Shown: one piece after another, positions 62,896 to 64,000 of the stretch
Layout of the letters: each line of letters starts with the position of its first letter
Position numbering within the stretch: the stretch's first letter is position 1
DNA from: an uncultured Gemmatimonadota bacterium
GTDB lineage: Bacteria; SM23-81; DAOVCL01
Direction of reading: 5' to 3'
Length of the DNA stretch: 64,000 nt
Assembly: GCA_964626665.1 (NCBI GenBank)
Contig: CAZVGK010000014.1
Location: forward strand, 14,926 to 78,925
The notes under the pieces: generated by a model
Database searches by the model: none
What the model was told of the DNA's origin: nothing
Seen by the model: the letters and a program-made list of their open reading frames with translations, nothing else
Position numbers and translations under genes: made by a program

Positions 62896-63330
62896 TCATT
62901 TCTGTGGCAAAAGCAACCTCCCACCCTCCATACGAATCATTTCTGGCCACCCACTGGCCTCCCGATTATAGTACACCACAACATAATCGGACATAGAAAG
63001 GGCAAGCCCATAGCTTTTCTTTGCATAGGGGATGTAGATATTCCGAATAAAATCACACCATTTCAGAAGATCTTCCTTTGCTTCCTCCACGGATTTACAA
63101 GCGCCAAATATCTCCACAAGAATTACTCCTCTCTTTTGGTCGTAACTGAGCATAGTGGGAGCTGATAGCTTATCCGAATAGGTGCGGATAAACTCGGAGA
63201 GCCGATAGGCAAGCCAATCTCCCGCAGTGACCATGTATGGCTGGGAGAGTTCCTTATTGCCGGCCCCAGTGAAATTGTAGAGGCCGAAGATCAGCAGGAT
63301 AATGAAAAGGGCGGTAAGTTTCCTCATCAC
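62896..63330 (-). CDS. Hypothetical exported protein
   Basis: AAGGAGG RBS and N-terminal signal peptide. Confidence 0.65.
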   Translation of the reverse strand: MMRKLTALFIILLIFGLYNFTGAGNKELSQPYMVTAGDWLAYRLSEFIRTYSDKLSAPTMLSYDQKRGVILVEIFGACKSVEEAKEDLLKWCDFIRNIYIPYAKKSYGLALSMSDYVVVYYNREASGWPEMIRMEGGRLLLPQK

Positions 63331-63422
63331 AACCTCCTTTTTGGGTTGATGATTTTTCCCCTCTATATTTCTATATCGGCAGATTGGGAAGAAACTTGAG
63401 CCTTTTTTGCTGTGACATATTA

Positions 63423-63581
63423 CCCGGATTATGCATTAGAAAACCGCAAGATTTCACCAGATTGTCACAAGAATTGAGATTAAACCTCTCTTTTACCTGA
63501 AAGGTAAAAGCCCATCTTCTTGATGATTCTTATGTAATCTGTGAAAATCTGCGTCCATCCGCGGTTTATGCATATTTTGGG
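63423..63581 (-). repeat. Family B copy 3 (reverse orientation)
   Basis: atta|CCCGGATTATGC...GCATATTTTGGG|atta; aligns to 57199-57382. Confidence 0.75.
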
Positions 63582-63809
63582 ATTACCCTATGTATTAAAA
63601 TAACCCAATTCCCGCGATACCTAAAAAAGCCCTAAGAAACATCCGGTTTAGTTAAAGAGAGACGCTGTTGACTGGGATGAATAAGTTCCGTTAAGAATAT
63701 CAAAAAACGATTGATACAGTCGGTGTGCTTGGTTAACTTTAAAAATGGTGGTTTTATGATTGAATAGATTGTAACAATTTGATATAGTTGAAATTAGGAG
63801 GTGATAACG

Positions 63810-63925
63810 ATGGTCTATAGAGTTATTATTGAAAAAGGCGAGGACTTTGGTTATGTGATACACTGTCCAGCAATCCCTGGTTGTCATTCGCAAGGAAATA
63901 CTTATTGAAGAAGCAATAGCAGGGA
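63810..63925 (+). pseudogene. HicB-like antitoxin fragment, frameshifted
   Basis: GGAGG RBS; MVYRVIIEKGEDFGYVIHCPAIPGCHSQGNT, then IEEAIA in a shifted frame and an early stop. Confidence 0.7.
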
Positions 63926-64000
63926 TTCCATCTTTAATTTTTTAGAATAAATATTGAAAATGCTTGACAAACCGGAATGTGTTATATTATTGTGTGGGTA

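Noticed and set aside
63964..63992. Plus-strand promoter at the window end
   Set aside because: TTGACA is present but the -10 spacing is non-canonical and the downstream gene lies outside the window.

Overview
Bacterial chromosome segment with almost all genes on the minus strand. The LpxC-FabZ fusion and the gene order suggest an FCB-superphylum lineage (inference). Housekeeping blocks: purN-purC-purH; coaBC-udg-dnaB-mutL-miaA-rpsU; rimP-nusA-infB-rbfA-truB-ribF-rpsO-pnp; radA; tgt-yajC-fmt-rne/rng-rplU-bamA-skp-lpxD-lpxC/fabZ-lpxA-proS; tRNA-Gly-der-plsY-gpsA. Three AT-richer accessory patches interrupt them (about 4.2-9.2 kb, 22.9-30.0 kb, 31.3-36.6 kb). These hold toxin-antitoxin modules (DUF4258/DUF2283, AbiE, a MenAT-like pair, three MNT-HEPN pairs), an IS1634 inside a TolB/SPOR-like gene, an IS1-like MITE, and fragments of BREX-like and restriction-modification genes. 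The most striking non-coding signal is that many intergenic gaps are built from several families of short inverted-repeat elements nested inside one another. These include reciprocal nesting and a tiny element with fixed ends, a variable interior and 4-bp target duplications. No CRISPR array, reverse transcriptase, integron integrase or rRNA was seen. Protein family calls come from motif recognition, not database searches.
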